This document shows, in pieces, positions 26,641 through 43,659 of a DNA stretch of 64,000 bases. Origin of the DNA: Octopus vulgaris (Eukaryota); NCBI GenBank assembly GCA_951406725.2, contig OX597815.1:143716001-143780000 (forward strand). The letters run 5' to 3'. Each line of letters begins with the position of its first letter. Position 1 is the stretch's first letter. Position numbers and translations under genes: made by a program. The notes below the pieces were generated by a model. It searched no databases and was not told where the DNA came from. It was given only the letters and a program-made list of their open reading frames with translations.

Positions 26641-27112
26641 CTAATGTGTGCGCATGTGTGTGTGTTTGTGTGTGTATGTGTGTTTAAATTTGTTGTTAAC
26701 TCGAGTATTGTGTGCCACTGTGTCTCGAAGTTAGCAGTTCATCAAGCAGAGATCTATGAAACAAATGCCAGATTGAAATACTGAGATCAGTATGATCAAT
26801 TAAAATTTTGAAGGTGATACTCCATAATGGTGACAGTCGAAAGACTAAACCCAGTAAAACAATGTTTAAAGATTTAATGGCTTCAAATTTAAGGTAATGG
26901 ATTGTTAACCACAAGATAACGAGTTTAAAACTTCGTATTGAACTTCCACTCAATACGATAACACTATATGTACATCTCAGTCAATTTGACTTCCCACAAT
27001 TAACAATTGTAATTTGAAATTAAATGGTTAGCAGTAAGAAAGATGTCCAAATTTCTTTAAAAATTATTGTGCAAAATATTCTAAGAAAAAAAATTTTTTT
27101 CACCGCGACAAA

Positions 27113-27188
<76 letters not shown>

Positions 27189-28302
27189 GCACGCACGCAC
27201 GCATGCACATACACATGCACACACACACACAAGTATCTCTGTGGTAACTTGAGCTACTACAAATAGCAGCCAAATCTCTCTTAAAACACACCATGTCATC
27301 AAATGGTTTACAGCATTTCAGGAAGAAAAAAAAACTATGCGATGGGTCTACTACATGAGAGGCAACTCTGGGCTAAACAAAACACAGACAAACATACTTC
27401 ACATTGTAAGATTATGTACTAAATAATAATAATTAAGTTGACGGTATATCTTCGAAGTTTCCTTCCCTGGTAAAACTATATGTATTTTGAGCATTTTCTC
27501 ATTATGCTCTGTCTAAGACATAAATTGTTCAGGCAGAGATGCCTCCCTTAGCTAAAGACCTCAAAATTGTGCAACCTGGCCTAGTTTTCGAGGTTATTTT
27601 TGTTATAAAAAAGAGTTGTTGTGCAAAAAAACTTACTTTACTTGTTAACCGAAAGATTACTGAATCTTTTGATACGTCATACGTCAAAATCAGCAACTCA
27701 TTCGAATCAACATAGGAAACTTACACACGCCCACGTACACACACACACATACACGCGCACACACACGTACACGACAAATCCTGTCTATATATATATATAT
27801 ATCACACACACACATATACGAAAATGCGCAATATTTTTGGTATTGTTAGCTATTGTATGTAGATATACAGATGAGATACAGACATATATTGGCACACATA
27901 TTACCTGGCAGATAAGCGATAAAATAGGATAGTGGGATTGTCTGCTGATATACATAGGATATATTTGTGTGTTTCTGTGTGTGCCTATGTATGTGTACAT
28001 AGATGTGCATGTATGTGTGTAAAGATGAAAGAGATAACGACAGACAAACCGACAGATGAATTTAGTCATATACACACCCTAGATAAGTTTTAGCTAGCAA
28101 CAGCCTTGACCGAGGTTATCAGTAATAATAGCAGTTACTATCAAGTTCTAACATTGGTTCGTATAAATGTGTGTATACATGTGTGTTTGTCTGTATGTGT
28201 GTGTGTGTCAGTATGTGCGTGTGGGTATGTGTGTGCTAGAATGTGCGTGAAGACCATGCCAGTGGTAAAAATACGTACACTGATACCTAGTCAATAACAT
28301 AT

Positions 28303-28530
28303 ATTTCTTTACTACCCACAAGGGGCTAAACACAGAGGGGACAAACAAGGACAGACAAAGGGATTAAGTCGATTACATCGACCCCAGTGCGTAACTGGTA
28401 CTTAATTTATCGACCCCGAAAGGATGAATGGCAAAGTCGACCTCGGCGGAATTTGAACTCGGAACGTAACGACAGACGAAATACGGCTACGAATTTCGCC
28501 CGGCGTGCTAACGTTTCTACCAGCTCGCCG
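28303..28530 (-). mobile_element. SINE family A
   Basis: Full reverse-complement copy including tail GTTTAGCCCCTTGTGGGTAGTAAAGAAAT. Confidence 0.92.
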
Positions 28531-29129
28531 TACACACACCCACGCAATGCTACAACCACGATGGCCTTCACACAAACCCTATCAATTTACCATCAATAAA
28601 CATGTACAGCATGTTAACATTGAACTGAAGCCATCTACCCGATGGCTTTCATATTGAAATTACGTCATCTACTTCACTAAGAAAAAGACATGAATGTCAC
28701 AACATTTGATTTCCTGTTCCTTAAATATCTCAGACGATGGAAGAATGACAATTATTTCAAGAACAAAGAATAAATCTGCAATATGTGAGTGTAGAGTAGA
28801 GAAAGAAATGGAGATTGTATTGTTAAAGTCGGAATTGTCTTCAACTGATGACGTATTAAATTGATTGTTGAGGATTTTTGACAAAGACAGAGAGAGGGGG
28901 GGGGGGAGAATGAATAGGGAAGATAATGATGAATATGAAGAAAATGAAGAAAATTTTAATAAAGAAGGGATTTTATCCTCCAAGCACAAGCGCAATGTAC
29001 ACACAATTACATATATACATACTTGCATACATACATATATACACTCACATATATATATACACACATATATATACATATACCTACATATAAACATATATAC
29101 ATACACATATAAATAAATATATACACACA

Positions 29130-29280
29130 TATACATACACACAAATACATAGATACATATATCTATACATACACACAAATACATAGATACATATATCTAT
29201 ACATACACACAAATACATAGATACATATATCTATACATACACACAAATACATAGATACATTTATCTATACATACATACGT
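29130..29280. repeat. 34-bp minisatellite, ~4 copies
   Basis: ACACACAAATACATAGATACATATATCTATACAT repeated. Confidence 0.85.
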
Positions 29281-29726
29281 ACATACATACATGCATACAT
29301 ACATACATAATACATACATATATACATAATACATACATACATACATACATACATACATACATACATACATACATTCATACAAACATACATGCATACATAC
29401 ATACATACATACAAACATACATGCATACATACATACTGTACGGATGTTTAAACAAATGGAATCACTCAGTTCAAATGATAGTAGAAAATGATGTAATTAC
29501 TGCAAATTGTTAGTAGTGCCTCAGTGACTCAAGATCCATGGAAACGAAGTTCGTCTTTCTTGACATCATTCATCAAATTGTTAGGAAACAATAAAACAAC
29601 TGCTACTGGTAAGTTACAAGAACTTGAAGCAACGTGTAGTATTTGATAGAATAAGTGTGTGTATGAAAGTGGTGACGACTCATTGTTTCCAGAAACCTTT
29701 GGCTTGTCAATATTGTTCCCAACTAA

Positions 29727-29997
29727 GGCGGCGAGCTGACAGAAACGTTAGTACGTCGAGTGAAATGCTTAGCGATATTTCGTTTGTCTTTACGTTCTGA
29801 GTTCAAATTCCGCCGAGGTCGACTTTCATCCTTTCATCCTTTCGGGGTCGATAAATTAAGCACCAGTTGCGTACTGGAGTTGATCTAATCGACTGGCCCT
29901 TCCCACCAAATTTCGGACCTTGTGCCTAGAATATTTATTCTCGATCTTAAGGCGGCGAGCTGTCAGAAACGTTAGCACGCCGGGAAAAATGCTTAGC
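29727..29997 (+). mobile_element. SINE family A plus a second truncated head at 29951
   Basis: Full monomer to ~29930, then TTAAGGCGGCGAGCTGTCAGAAACGTTAGCACGCCGG. Confidence 0.88.
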
Positions 29998-30139
29998 ATC
30001 ATACTGTCCACTCCAATTATGAAGAAAAGTACTATAAAGGCGTATAGAGCTTTCTTTTGCTTCTTTCCTTTTGTTTAGGTGACCTGCGTTTTTGCAAACG
30101 AATAAGCAGATAAAGTGAGAATTTACAAAAAAAAAAAAA

Positions 30140-30330
30140 AAAGCAAACCAAAAGACGAAGACGAGTGTGTAAACAACAAACAGATGTATTAGTTTAACGC
30201 TCGGGAAGTGAAAAAGTCTTTTACGTTTCGAGCCTACGCTCTTCGACAGAAAGGAACACAGAAATAAACAGGGAGAGAAAATAGAAAAAGGTTTAGTGGC
30301 TAGCGATCTATTATGGCGAATGCCGGACAG
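30140..30330 (-). mobile_element. Penelope-like element terminal-repeat-like segment containing a minimal hammerhead motif
   Basis: Minus strand CTTT CTGTCGA A GAGC GTAG GCTC GAAAC GTA AAAG at 30253-30218; layout similar to 63785-64000. Confidence 0.55.
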
Positions 30331-30699
30331 ATCGATTCACAATCAATGTGTCATTAGAAATAAAATTTTTATGATGCAGAGATATGGTCTTCGACAAAAG
30401 AATACCAAACAAGCTAAGAATAATTCAACATACCCACGAATGAATTAAGTTTGGATTGATATGGAAAATTTGTAAAATGGCGAATTGAATCCGAGAATAC
30501 ATGAAACTAAATGACATTTTCAAATTTATAAAATCACTGCAATACAATCGTGCTGAACACACTTTCACTCGATGAATGAAAACATGTGATTGACAAAACC
30601 AACAGTTTGGATTCCGAGAGACTGCGAAAGGAAGAAAAACGTCAATGAACGAAGTTCGAGGGATGAATAAGAGGCTTACATCCATGCAGAGGAATGATT

Positions 30700-30827
30700 G
30701 AGAGGAAGAGAAACAAGCGGGGAAGAGGAGAAGGCAGGGAGAAGGTGGGATAGGGAGGAAGAGAAAGCGGAGGAAGAAGAAGCAGAGGAAGAAACAGAAG
30801 TACTACTACTACTACTACTACTACTAC

Positions 30828-30872
<45 letters not shown>

Positions 30873-30924
30873 AAGAAAAAGAAGAAGAAGCGGAGGAGGA
30901 GGAAGAAGCAGAGGAAGAAGCGGA

Positions 30925-30962
<38 letters not shown>

Positions 30963-31315
30963 AAGAAGACGAAGAAGACGAAGAAGAAGAAGAAGCGGAG
31001 GAGGAAGAAGAAGAGGAAAAGGAAGAAGAAGAAGAAGAAGAAGAAGAAGAAGAGAAGGAGGAACAAGCGGAGGAAGGAGGAGGAGGAGGAAGTAGAGGAA
31101 GAGGGAGGAAGAAGAAGAAGAAGAAGAAGAAGAAGAAGCAGAGAAGGAGGAACAAGCGGAGGAAGGAGGAGTAGGAGGAGGAAGTAGAGGAAGAGTGAGG
31201 AAGAAGAAGAAGAAGAAGAAGAAGAAGAAGAAGAAGAAGAAGCGGAGGAAGGGGAGGAGGAGGAGGAGGAGGAGGAAGTAGAGGAAAAGGGAGGAAGAAG
31301 AAGAAGAGGGAGAAA

Positions 31316-31362
<47 letters not shown>

Positions 31363-31530
31363 AGAAGGGGACGAATAAGAAGAAGAGGGGAGGAGGAGAA
31401 ATAAGGGGAGGAATAAGAAGAGGAGGCGAGGAGGAGGAATAAGAAGGGAAAGAATAAGAAGTGGAGGAGCGAAGAGGAGGAAGAAGAAGAAGAAGGAGCA
31501 ATAATAAGAGGAGAGCAGGAGGAGGGATGA
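30700..31530. repeat. Polypurine (GAA/GGA)n tract with (TAC)n(TAG)n inserts
   Basis: Direct reading. Confidence 0.95.
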
Positions 31531-32418
31531 TGAATGGGTCTGGGTGGAACGGGTATGTACGTAACTAGTCCAGTGAAGCAGATGACATCGTAGTAGACGA
31601 GGTGGAGTGATAGAGCACGTCTGTAAACTCGTGATTGTCGTCTCTTGGTGAAGTTCTACCATTGTAGATAAGACAGAAGAGAAGGAAGCGCGTCAGGAAG
31701 CGAACGTTTGAAATAATGTTAGGGAAAGACAAAGCGAAGGTTGTAGTGGATGGGTAAGTGAATGTTTACCAGTCAGTCATATAGCTTTCTTTTGAATGTG
31801 GTTTGATCTGATCTACTTGAAGCAGAGCACTATACTATATCTAACATGGTCTCCAGCTTCACAATACATATATATTAACCAATTTAAGCTAGAAAACACA
31901 CTTTTAGTGTCTAACCAGCACAGTAGATTTAATGAGCTCATACAAGTAGAGGAAACTGTTGTCTTAGTTACGTGGTTCATAACTGGTCATGGCCGGTTTT
32001 TCAGATAATGCCATGTTATAATACGTAAACTCGGATGTCGTCTACTCGACTGGTTTTCTTGTGACACATGATGAAGACACACCTGAGACTGTCAAATGTA
32101 GCCAGGGATTGGTACGCTGGATTTCTATTTAAAAACAAAACAAACAGACAAAAACAAAAACAAGCAAACACTTGCAGTGGCTATTCTACCATTACTGCAT
32201 TCGATACTAGAGAAAAAAAAAAAGAAAAACAAAAGAAAAACAAAACTAAATTTGTCGGTTGGCATCAGAATATATGTAATAATTATTAGTACAGACACTG
32301 ACTTCTTTCGCTGGATAGTACAATATCTTTTAATAAATAAAAAGTATAGAAAAAATCAATAGCAGCAGGTTTCTTTTGATTTGTTCGATAACACATAAAA
32401 ATATATATAGAACAGACG

Positions 32419-33264
<846 letters not shown>

Positions 33265-34164
33265 GAATAATAACAACAACACAGTCAAGAGGTTAATGAG
33301 AAAACTGTGATGTTATTTTGTGGGGAAAGAGAGTCTGGACGAGATATGAGTGAAAACGTGCCTCTTCTCATTGCTTCTCCGAACGAAAATCATGAAATTC
33401 TACTGCTCTGTCATACTTTCCTGATTATTCAGACCAACAAAGGTGACTCGGTTCCATTCTTTCTGATATTCCTAAGACCGGCTTATTTCATTACGTGATC
33501 TCACAGCTTTGTTCGAACTATGCAATATTTTCATTGTGATTTCAATCATCGGACTTTTTTTTTCTTCTAATAAACTAACAATAACAAGAACGAAAAAGAA
33601 ACGAGATTGAATAATGCAAATACAAAAAAGACGATAATATATATATAATATTAATTGAAAGCTTTTCTATTTATTAGTAAAAGGAAATAAGTATGGAAGA
33701 ACGTCTGCTAATGCTGTGAATATGGTAGACATGAAAAGAGAGAAAGAAACAGAGAGAGGAGGGGGAGGAGGAGGAGATTGAATGCGTGAGTAAGTCAGTG
33801 AGTGAGTGAGGGAATGAGTGAGTGAGGGAGTGAGGGAGTGAGTACTACATTACAAGACTGTGTTTTGACTATTTCAAATTATTACTTCTGGCAAGTTGCA
33901 TAAAGTTACTTTCATTTGAGAAATACACCGAAATATAACAACAACGATGATGACGACGACGACGACGACGACGACTTCGTTGAAGCGGTGAAGATTGAAA
34001 GATATAAAATTCAAAGCTAATTGAACAATTCAATTTGGATAAAGAATTTACAAAAAACAGTCTTGGAACTAGAAAATACAGTGTCTGGAAAAAGGCTGGA
34101 AATTCTCAACATATACACTGTCATTAAACAGGACGTTTCTACAAACGTTACATCTTACCCTCAA

Positions 34165-35000
34165 TTCATAACCTACATCGACTGCCTCCGGATCATGTTA
34201 TCTCCAGATATCTATCTCCAGAATCCGTATTCACTAAAAATTATTTCCACACCACACCTACCACACTTTACCCCCGGATTACAGCTACCATACGATTTAC
34301 CTTTGGTTACATCTACCATATACTCTCTCTCAAGATTACAGCTACAAAAGACACCACAGTTACCACAGGGTACCTCCATATCACAACTGCAATGTTAGTT
34401 CCAGATTCTAGCTAATAATAATTACCTCCAGACCACATTTACCACAGATTATTTCCAGGTAACAGCTACTGTATGTTCCCTCCTGTTACAGCTAGCACAG
34501 ATTATCTCCAGAAAACAACAGCCATATTTGTCCTCCAGATCCAAACAACCATGTATTCCCCCAGATCACATCTATTACATATTACCAGCAGACCACATTT
34601 TCCATAGATTAGCTCCAGATCACAGCTAACACTACTGAACAGCTACAACAGAATAGCTCCAGGTCATTTATCACAACTTGACTCCACCTCCACCCCCAAA
34701 TACCATTTACCGTATGTTACATCCAGATAAGTTATTACAGATTACCCTCGTGTCATTTTTACCACGGAATATCTCCAGATCAGTTATCTCAGATTACATT
34801 CAGATACCATTTATCGTATAATTACATCCAGATCACTGTTATCACAAATTACGTCCATGTAACAGCTCTGGACCATAGTTACCACAATTTGCCCCTAAAT
34901 CATAGCTACTTAGATCAGCTCAAAATAACACACGTATCTCAGTCTGTCTTTAATGCACAGCAATCATAGTTTATCTCCAGACCCCACCAATCATATATTA
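34165..35000. repeat. Highly degenerate short-period repeat (CTCCAGATTACAGCTACCACAGATTA-like)
   Basis: CCAGA(T/C), CAGCTA, TTACC recur many times at short spacing. Confidence 0.6.
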
Positions 35001-35034
35001 ATTCCTTCAGTACAATTCATATAAACACTTTACA

Positions 35035-35700
35035 AGCGAACACATACCCAGATAGATACTACACACAGCGAATAGAAGAAAGCATACACCCTAATAGATT
35101 CTGCATATAGACAATAAAAGCGAATACACTACCCCTATAGATATTGTATGAAGGCAATAAAAGCGAACACATACCCCAGTAGATAAAGATGATAAAAGCG
35201 AATACACTACCCCTAAAGATATTGTATGAAGACAGCAGAAGCGAACACATACCCCGGTTGATACTACATAAAGATAATAAAGCGAATACACTACCCCTAT
35301 AGATATTGTATGAAAACAATAAAAGCGAACACATACCCCGGTAGATAAAGACAATAAAAGCGAATACACTACCCCTTTGATATTGTATGAACACATACCC
35401 CGGTTGATACCACATAAAGACAATAAAAGCGAATACACTACCCCTATAGATATTGTATGAAGACAACAGAAGCGAACACATACCCCGGTAGATACTGCAT
35501 AAAGACAATAAAAACGTATACACTACCCCTATAGATATTGTATGAAGACATTAAAAGCGAACACATACCCCGGTAGATAAAGACAATAAAAGCGAATACA
35601 CTACCCCTATAGATGCTATATGAAGACAGCAGAAGCGAACACACACCCCTGTAGATACTGCATCATGCCAATAGAAGTTAACACATACCCCGGTAGATAC
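35035..35700. repeat. Minisatellite with alternating ~35-45-bp monomers (higher-order unit of ~78-87 bp)
   Basis: AAGCGAACACATACCCCGGTAGATA.. alternates with AAAGCGAATACACTACCCCTATAGATATTGTATGAAGAC, about 7 times. Confidence 0.92.
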
Positions 35701-35899
35701 AACACAGATTGCAGAATCGTGTGCGGTAATAAATGTAGTAAAGAATGAAGACAGGTTTATTTAGAAATAGAAAAATACACGCCCAGTCGATCGATATAAA
35801 CAACACATTTGTCGTTTGTGTGGACAGCATCGATAGAATTCAGTTAGATGAATGTTTTCACATTCTTATTAGCATAAAGAAATAACCAGAAATGTACAC

Positions 35900-38540
<2,641 letters not shown>

Positions 38541-39126
38541 AGTAGTTATTTAACCCTTGGTCAGCCTTGATTACGCAGAGCTATAGATGATCACAAACGT
38601 TCCAACCATGATTATCGTGTCATAATTTTTTTTCTTTTGCATCATTCTATCTACGATATTACACATTGTGCAATATTTTTCGTTTAAAGTCGATACTGTG
38701 TAATCTGAAAGAAATTAGATTGGTAGTTCTGGTGTTTCAAGCTACCGTGTAGAAATTTGTTAGTTTCGATCGCAAAGGAAGCATAGAACCAGTTGGTTCT
38801 TTGAATCAATTAATCGAACAGTCGAGGAGTTTGTATTCAGTCGTCACTAATCTGTGGTTCCCATGTCAAACGACTCTCTAAAACTAGTTCGAAGTCAGCA
38901 TTACTATAAGCAATAGTACCACACAATAACTGAATATTTCGTCAGCTTGTTCTGAGTTGTGAAGATAACTAGGTTAACTAAGTCCTTCTGCCAGCTCGGA
39001 TTTTTATGTAGATTTTACTAGGTTAGCTGACCCCAAGAGACACAACATCGAGACAAAACTTTCAATGATGCCGTATTGTAGTTACTATGATTAATTTTAA
39101 AATCTAATTACTGAAATGTGATATCC

Positions 39127-39357
39127 GTTTCCTTATTACCCACAAGGGGCTACACACAGAGGAGACAAACAAGGACAGACAAACGGATTAAGTCGATTAC
39201 ATCGACCTCAGTGCGTAACTGGTACTTAATTTATCGACCCCGAAAGGATGAAAGGCAAAGTCGACCTCGGCGGAATTTGAACTCAGAACGTAACGGCAGA
39301 CGAAATACAGCTACGCATTTCGCCCGGCGTGCTAACGGTTCTGCCAGCTCGCCGCCT
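39127..39357 (-). mobile_element. SINE family A
   Basis: Full reverse copy; 15-bp TSD CTGAAATGTGATATC at 39111-39125 and 39366-39380. Confidence 0.92.
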
Positions 39358-39959
39358 TCAGCTCGCTGAAATGTGATATCTTCCCATACATGAATTCTTC
39401 TCCCTCCACTATTCACCAGTTTTCTTTAGACATAAATGCTTATGATTTTTGCTATCTCTAATTCAAAATCCATTGTCCGCATTTCTTTAAGTTTATCTAC
39501 TATCACTACCTCTCTTCAAATTTTATTAATCATAAGTAGTTGTTCGGTTATCTCTTATCCAACAAAAAAGACATCTGTCTCACCTCACCTCTATAAACCT
39601 TCATCATCAGGTACTTTAATATACTCTATATTTCTTTGCTCTAAAAATCATTGGTAAAAACATTGGATATGTTACTATTATTAACAACATGCTCTTGTTA
39701 ATAGCTATCACCTAGCTATCAAAGTCTTTATCCCGCATCATATATTGTGGCCACTGGCTTTTCAGGGAAACCTACCGCACAACACTCCACCCTTGATGTA
39801 CCCTCTGATATATCAAATCATCTACCCGGTTGGGGTTTTGCTAGTTATACGTATGACCGAAACCACCTTCTTCACAGAGCTAAAACCTCAGGCCTGTTAA
39901 GTGGTTCACTTCAGTTTGCACGGAAACAGAACGAGCGAAGAATAGAGACTACATGAAGT

Positions 39960-40480
39960 CACCTACAATCACAAACTGAGAGGCGTTTACAGCCGCTGTT
40001 AAGATATTGCTCTTGAGATCTGCATAGTTTCTGACCATATCTCTTGCACCAGATCTATGTAGCTAAGTTGTCTGCTTGTGAAATATTTTCAAGCAATTTG
40101 TATATCTATGGAATCTTGTTAGCTACGTTGTCTGCCTATGGGATCAATTTGCTTCTCGTTTTCTGAGTCGGAAATATTCTGCTAGACAGCTCCGTCTGCG
40201 TCATCTTTCTCCAAATCACATTCTATCAACCATAGTGTACTTCTAGTTTTTGTTACGTCTCTCACACTATTTCTTCTGTATATTCATGAACTGAACTTTG
40301 TTCTTCCTTAACAACAGACACACCTCTATAGATGAGACCACACTTTACTCCTCCTTATCCTTTTACATACACAAACTCAATATAAATACGTGCTGTTAGA
40401 CTTGTGCTGCTTCCATGAACAGTGACCTCAAAAATACCAGAAAGAGAACCCAATGAACTAGTCTTCTTCAACAGCATTCA
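39960..40480 (+). mobile_element. Strongly decayed CR1/L2-type reverse transcriptase remnant
   Basis: IALEICIVSD (cf. IALDISKAFD), TLFLLYIHEL (cf. PTLFLLYINDL), and a downstream IDETT (cf. YADDTT) in the expected order. Confidence 0.5.
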
Positions 40481-40949
40481 AAGCATAATTATTACACTGC
40501 TACAGATACCAAAATGACAAACGCGTGCCCCTTCTTCTTCATACATAGACAACTTACAAGAGAACTCTCCTAAGTAGCTACAAATGCTAAACTTTACAAT
40601 ACCTGATAATAATATATAAAATACATTTAACCATCACTTTTTTTTGAGACCAGTAATCAGGTTCAACTGCGAATTCGAATAAAATGTTCTCCTTTCGGTG
40701 TTTCAACTTGCTGCTATTGATAATAAATATAATGGTGGCAGTAACAACAATTTTTAGCACGAACTTTAAATCATGATAAACCATTTCTCCTCATTTTTCT
40801 GCATTTATTAATATAATCTGTTATAATGTAGCCTCATCTACGGTTTCAATGCACAAAAGAAGTGCTCGTTGTGATCCAAAATGCCTACAATGTACGTCTC
40901 CTATAACAGATAAAGTTATAAAGGTGAAAAAAAGATTTAATGGGGTGTC

Positions 40950-41950
40950 TATGAGATATTTGTTTGAATTATACAACGTTGGCTCTTCGACCGAAAGAAA
41001 AATTGCTCTTATTTTTTGCTAAGAGCAGATCAAACAAAAATATGTATGCAAGGAAAACAATGAACGACAGAAAATGTTCAGAAATGGATAAAAGGCTGAT
41101 AGTTCAGTTGAAGGGATCCGATGAAAGAACAAGCTTAAACTTATTTAAGAAATTCTTTTTTTAATGAAGAACTATAACAGATGTGGTTATAATGAAAGTT
41201 GGCTTCGTTGTTTCAAGTAGCGACGTTGCTTAAAGTGACATGTATTGTTTGGGGAGAAGGAAGCAGTTGCTGTAATTTGTACTCGAAGTTAGAGCTCACT
41301 GTAACCCCCTTGGCCTGAAACACAAATATAAGATAAGGCTTATTTTAGAAAACTGTTCCACAGATCTGAAAGTGGAACTTGTGGTAAAAATGTTTTCAGT
41401 ATCTACCTCACATCTGGCAGTACATCATTATCTGAAACCCTAGACATGGGTATATTATGGCGTCTTAAAACTACGAGATGCTCTTTGTTTACTAGAAACC
41501 AATACAGGAGTTTCTTAAGGAATCTTATTTGAGAAATATGATTTTCTGTGTTGCTAATGTTTAGAAGTTTTCAGAGGAATTTATACAGAAAAATGGATGC
41601 CATAAATTGTTGCACGGTTCAAAGTTTGAGTGTTTACCTGGTGAATACATTACAAATGACTTTACAGAGTTTAGAATATCAAGGGAAAACGAAAAGGATA
41701 TTATGTATGATCTTCATGCATAATCTGTTTAACTTTTTTCCAAGGATCTTACATCAAGGATAATGTTGTGGAATGGATGAATGTTGTAGCTGATTTCATA
41801 AGCACAAATATAACAGGCTTAGATATTGGTGCAGACAATTGTAAGTCCTGAGAAAGAAGACAGGTATGAAGAAAGTAGCGATGGGAATGAGAAAGATGCT
41901 GCAGAAAAAATATCAGACAAGTTAATTAAGTTGACAGGTGAAGCGCTAAA
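40950..41950 (+). pseudogene. pogo/Tigger-type transposase remnant
   Basis: LILENCSTD (cf. LLLDNCSAH), then after a frameshift YLTSGSTSLSETLDMGILWRLK (cf. FLPPNTTSLLQPLDQGII) at ~41339-41470; outer limits approximate; no TIRs found. Confidence 0.55.
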
Positions 41951-42580
41951 ACGTTTAGAATGTAGTTTTTATAACTGAATAAGAAATAACGAATGTTTAT
42001 AAGCTGCAGGATAAATTGATTAAAGAAATACTAAAATATCTGAAACAGCTTAATTTTAAAAATAGATAAAATTCGTGTCGTCAACTTCGGCTCACCTTCA
42101 AGTGCAGGCAGCCAACGTTTTCTGAAAAGCATTTTTTGCCCATTTCACCACTGGTCCTTCATGTTTCAGTCACATTTCAAGATGAAGACGATTATCCCGA
42201 TAGCTCCCGTTTCCTGCAATTCTATCCAGTCCTAAATTCCATTGACTGGCACAATAATTTTGAAAGAACAAATTTACTGTATAAATAAGCTTTATTCCAA
42301 CAACTTTTATTTACTGTTTCTTTTTCCTTTATTACTAATTTGTACTGGTTCACAGGATAAATTCACTAATTCGGCACGCCAGAGATCTCATCAAGATAGT
42401 GCCTTAATACTTAACACACTCACCGGTTCAATTTCCACTCATTTACTTATTTATTTTTTCTAAAATTTTTGTTGCGCCTTGCAACCTCTTTAATAGTCGC
42501 TAACTATGTCCGTTATCAGAGCTGCGTTCCTTTTGTTTGTTTGTGCGCATGTGTGCACGTCAGTGTGCATGTGTATACAC

Positions 42581-42611
<31 letters not shown>

Positions 42612-43659
42612 TGTATGTATGAATGTGTGTATGTATGTGTGTATGTATGTGTGTATGTATGTGTGTTTGTATGTATGGTTGTATGTATGTATGTATGTGT
42701 GTATGTATGTATGTGTCTGTATGCATGTAAGCACACACACACATATATACTTATACGTGTGTGTACGTTTGAATGTATGTATTCTGCATATTCATATGTT
42801 CATGTGTTCATGTTTGTGTGTTTGTATGTATGTGTGTTTACCTCTGTCTCCTTGTGTGTGCGTGTTTGAGCGTGTCTATGTGTATGGGTTTGTGTGACTA
42901 TGTAATGCGTCTGTTATGTATGGATGTGTGTCTTCATATGTATTATTGTGTATGCGCGTGTGTGTCAAGTGTGCACGTGTGTATATGGTCATGTGTTTCA
43001 GTTTTCATTTGTGTATGTGTGTATGTGTGTGTGAATGTATGCATCTCTGTCCGTGTTACCTATGCACCTATCTATTAATCTATCTTTTTACGTACATATC
43101 CATTTACCTACATATATATCTACATCTACATAAAAGCCTGGAGATGTTTCATTTATGAAGACGTACTCCTGTATTTGTCTGAGTGTGGGGTCCTTCGAGT
43201 TCTTGGATAAAATGCGGATGTCAAGTTGACCCAGGACGTCTCCATGTTGGTCTTTGGCATGTTGGTAGAGTACGGAAGACTGTTTTTCTGTCGTGAGACA
43301 GAAAACTTAAACAGCCTTTAACGGAGCAATCCACAACTGTTTTGCTCTACTGTAGGTATGTAGATGACATTAATATTCAAGTTAGGATAAACTCTAGTAA
43401 CTGGAATGTAGAAACCGAGAGGATCATAATGGAGAGCATCCAGTAGGTAGCTAACTTCATCCACCAAAGTATCATAGTAACTATAGATTACCTCATTTGG
43501 CACTCTAAAAATAGACTCCCTGAACTGGTGAGTGTTAAGTAATAAGGCACTAAAAGAGAATGACTCTCCCCAGACACAATAATATATATATATATTCTTT
43601 TATTCCTAAGGCTGTGGCCATGCTGTCGCACCGCCAGTGTAATTGCTTTTTAATTGGCC

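Noticed and set aside
30676-31662. 328-aa Ser/Leu/Phe-rich and Glu-rich ORFs
   Set aside because: Trinucleotide repeat artefacts, open in several frames on both strands
35035-35700. CRISPR-like repeat array
   Set aside because: Inter-repeat sequences are themselves repeated, no cas genes, eukaryotic context
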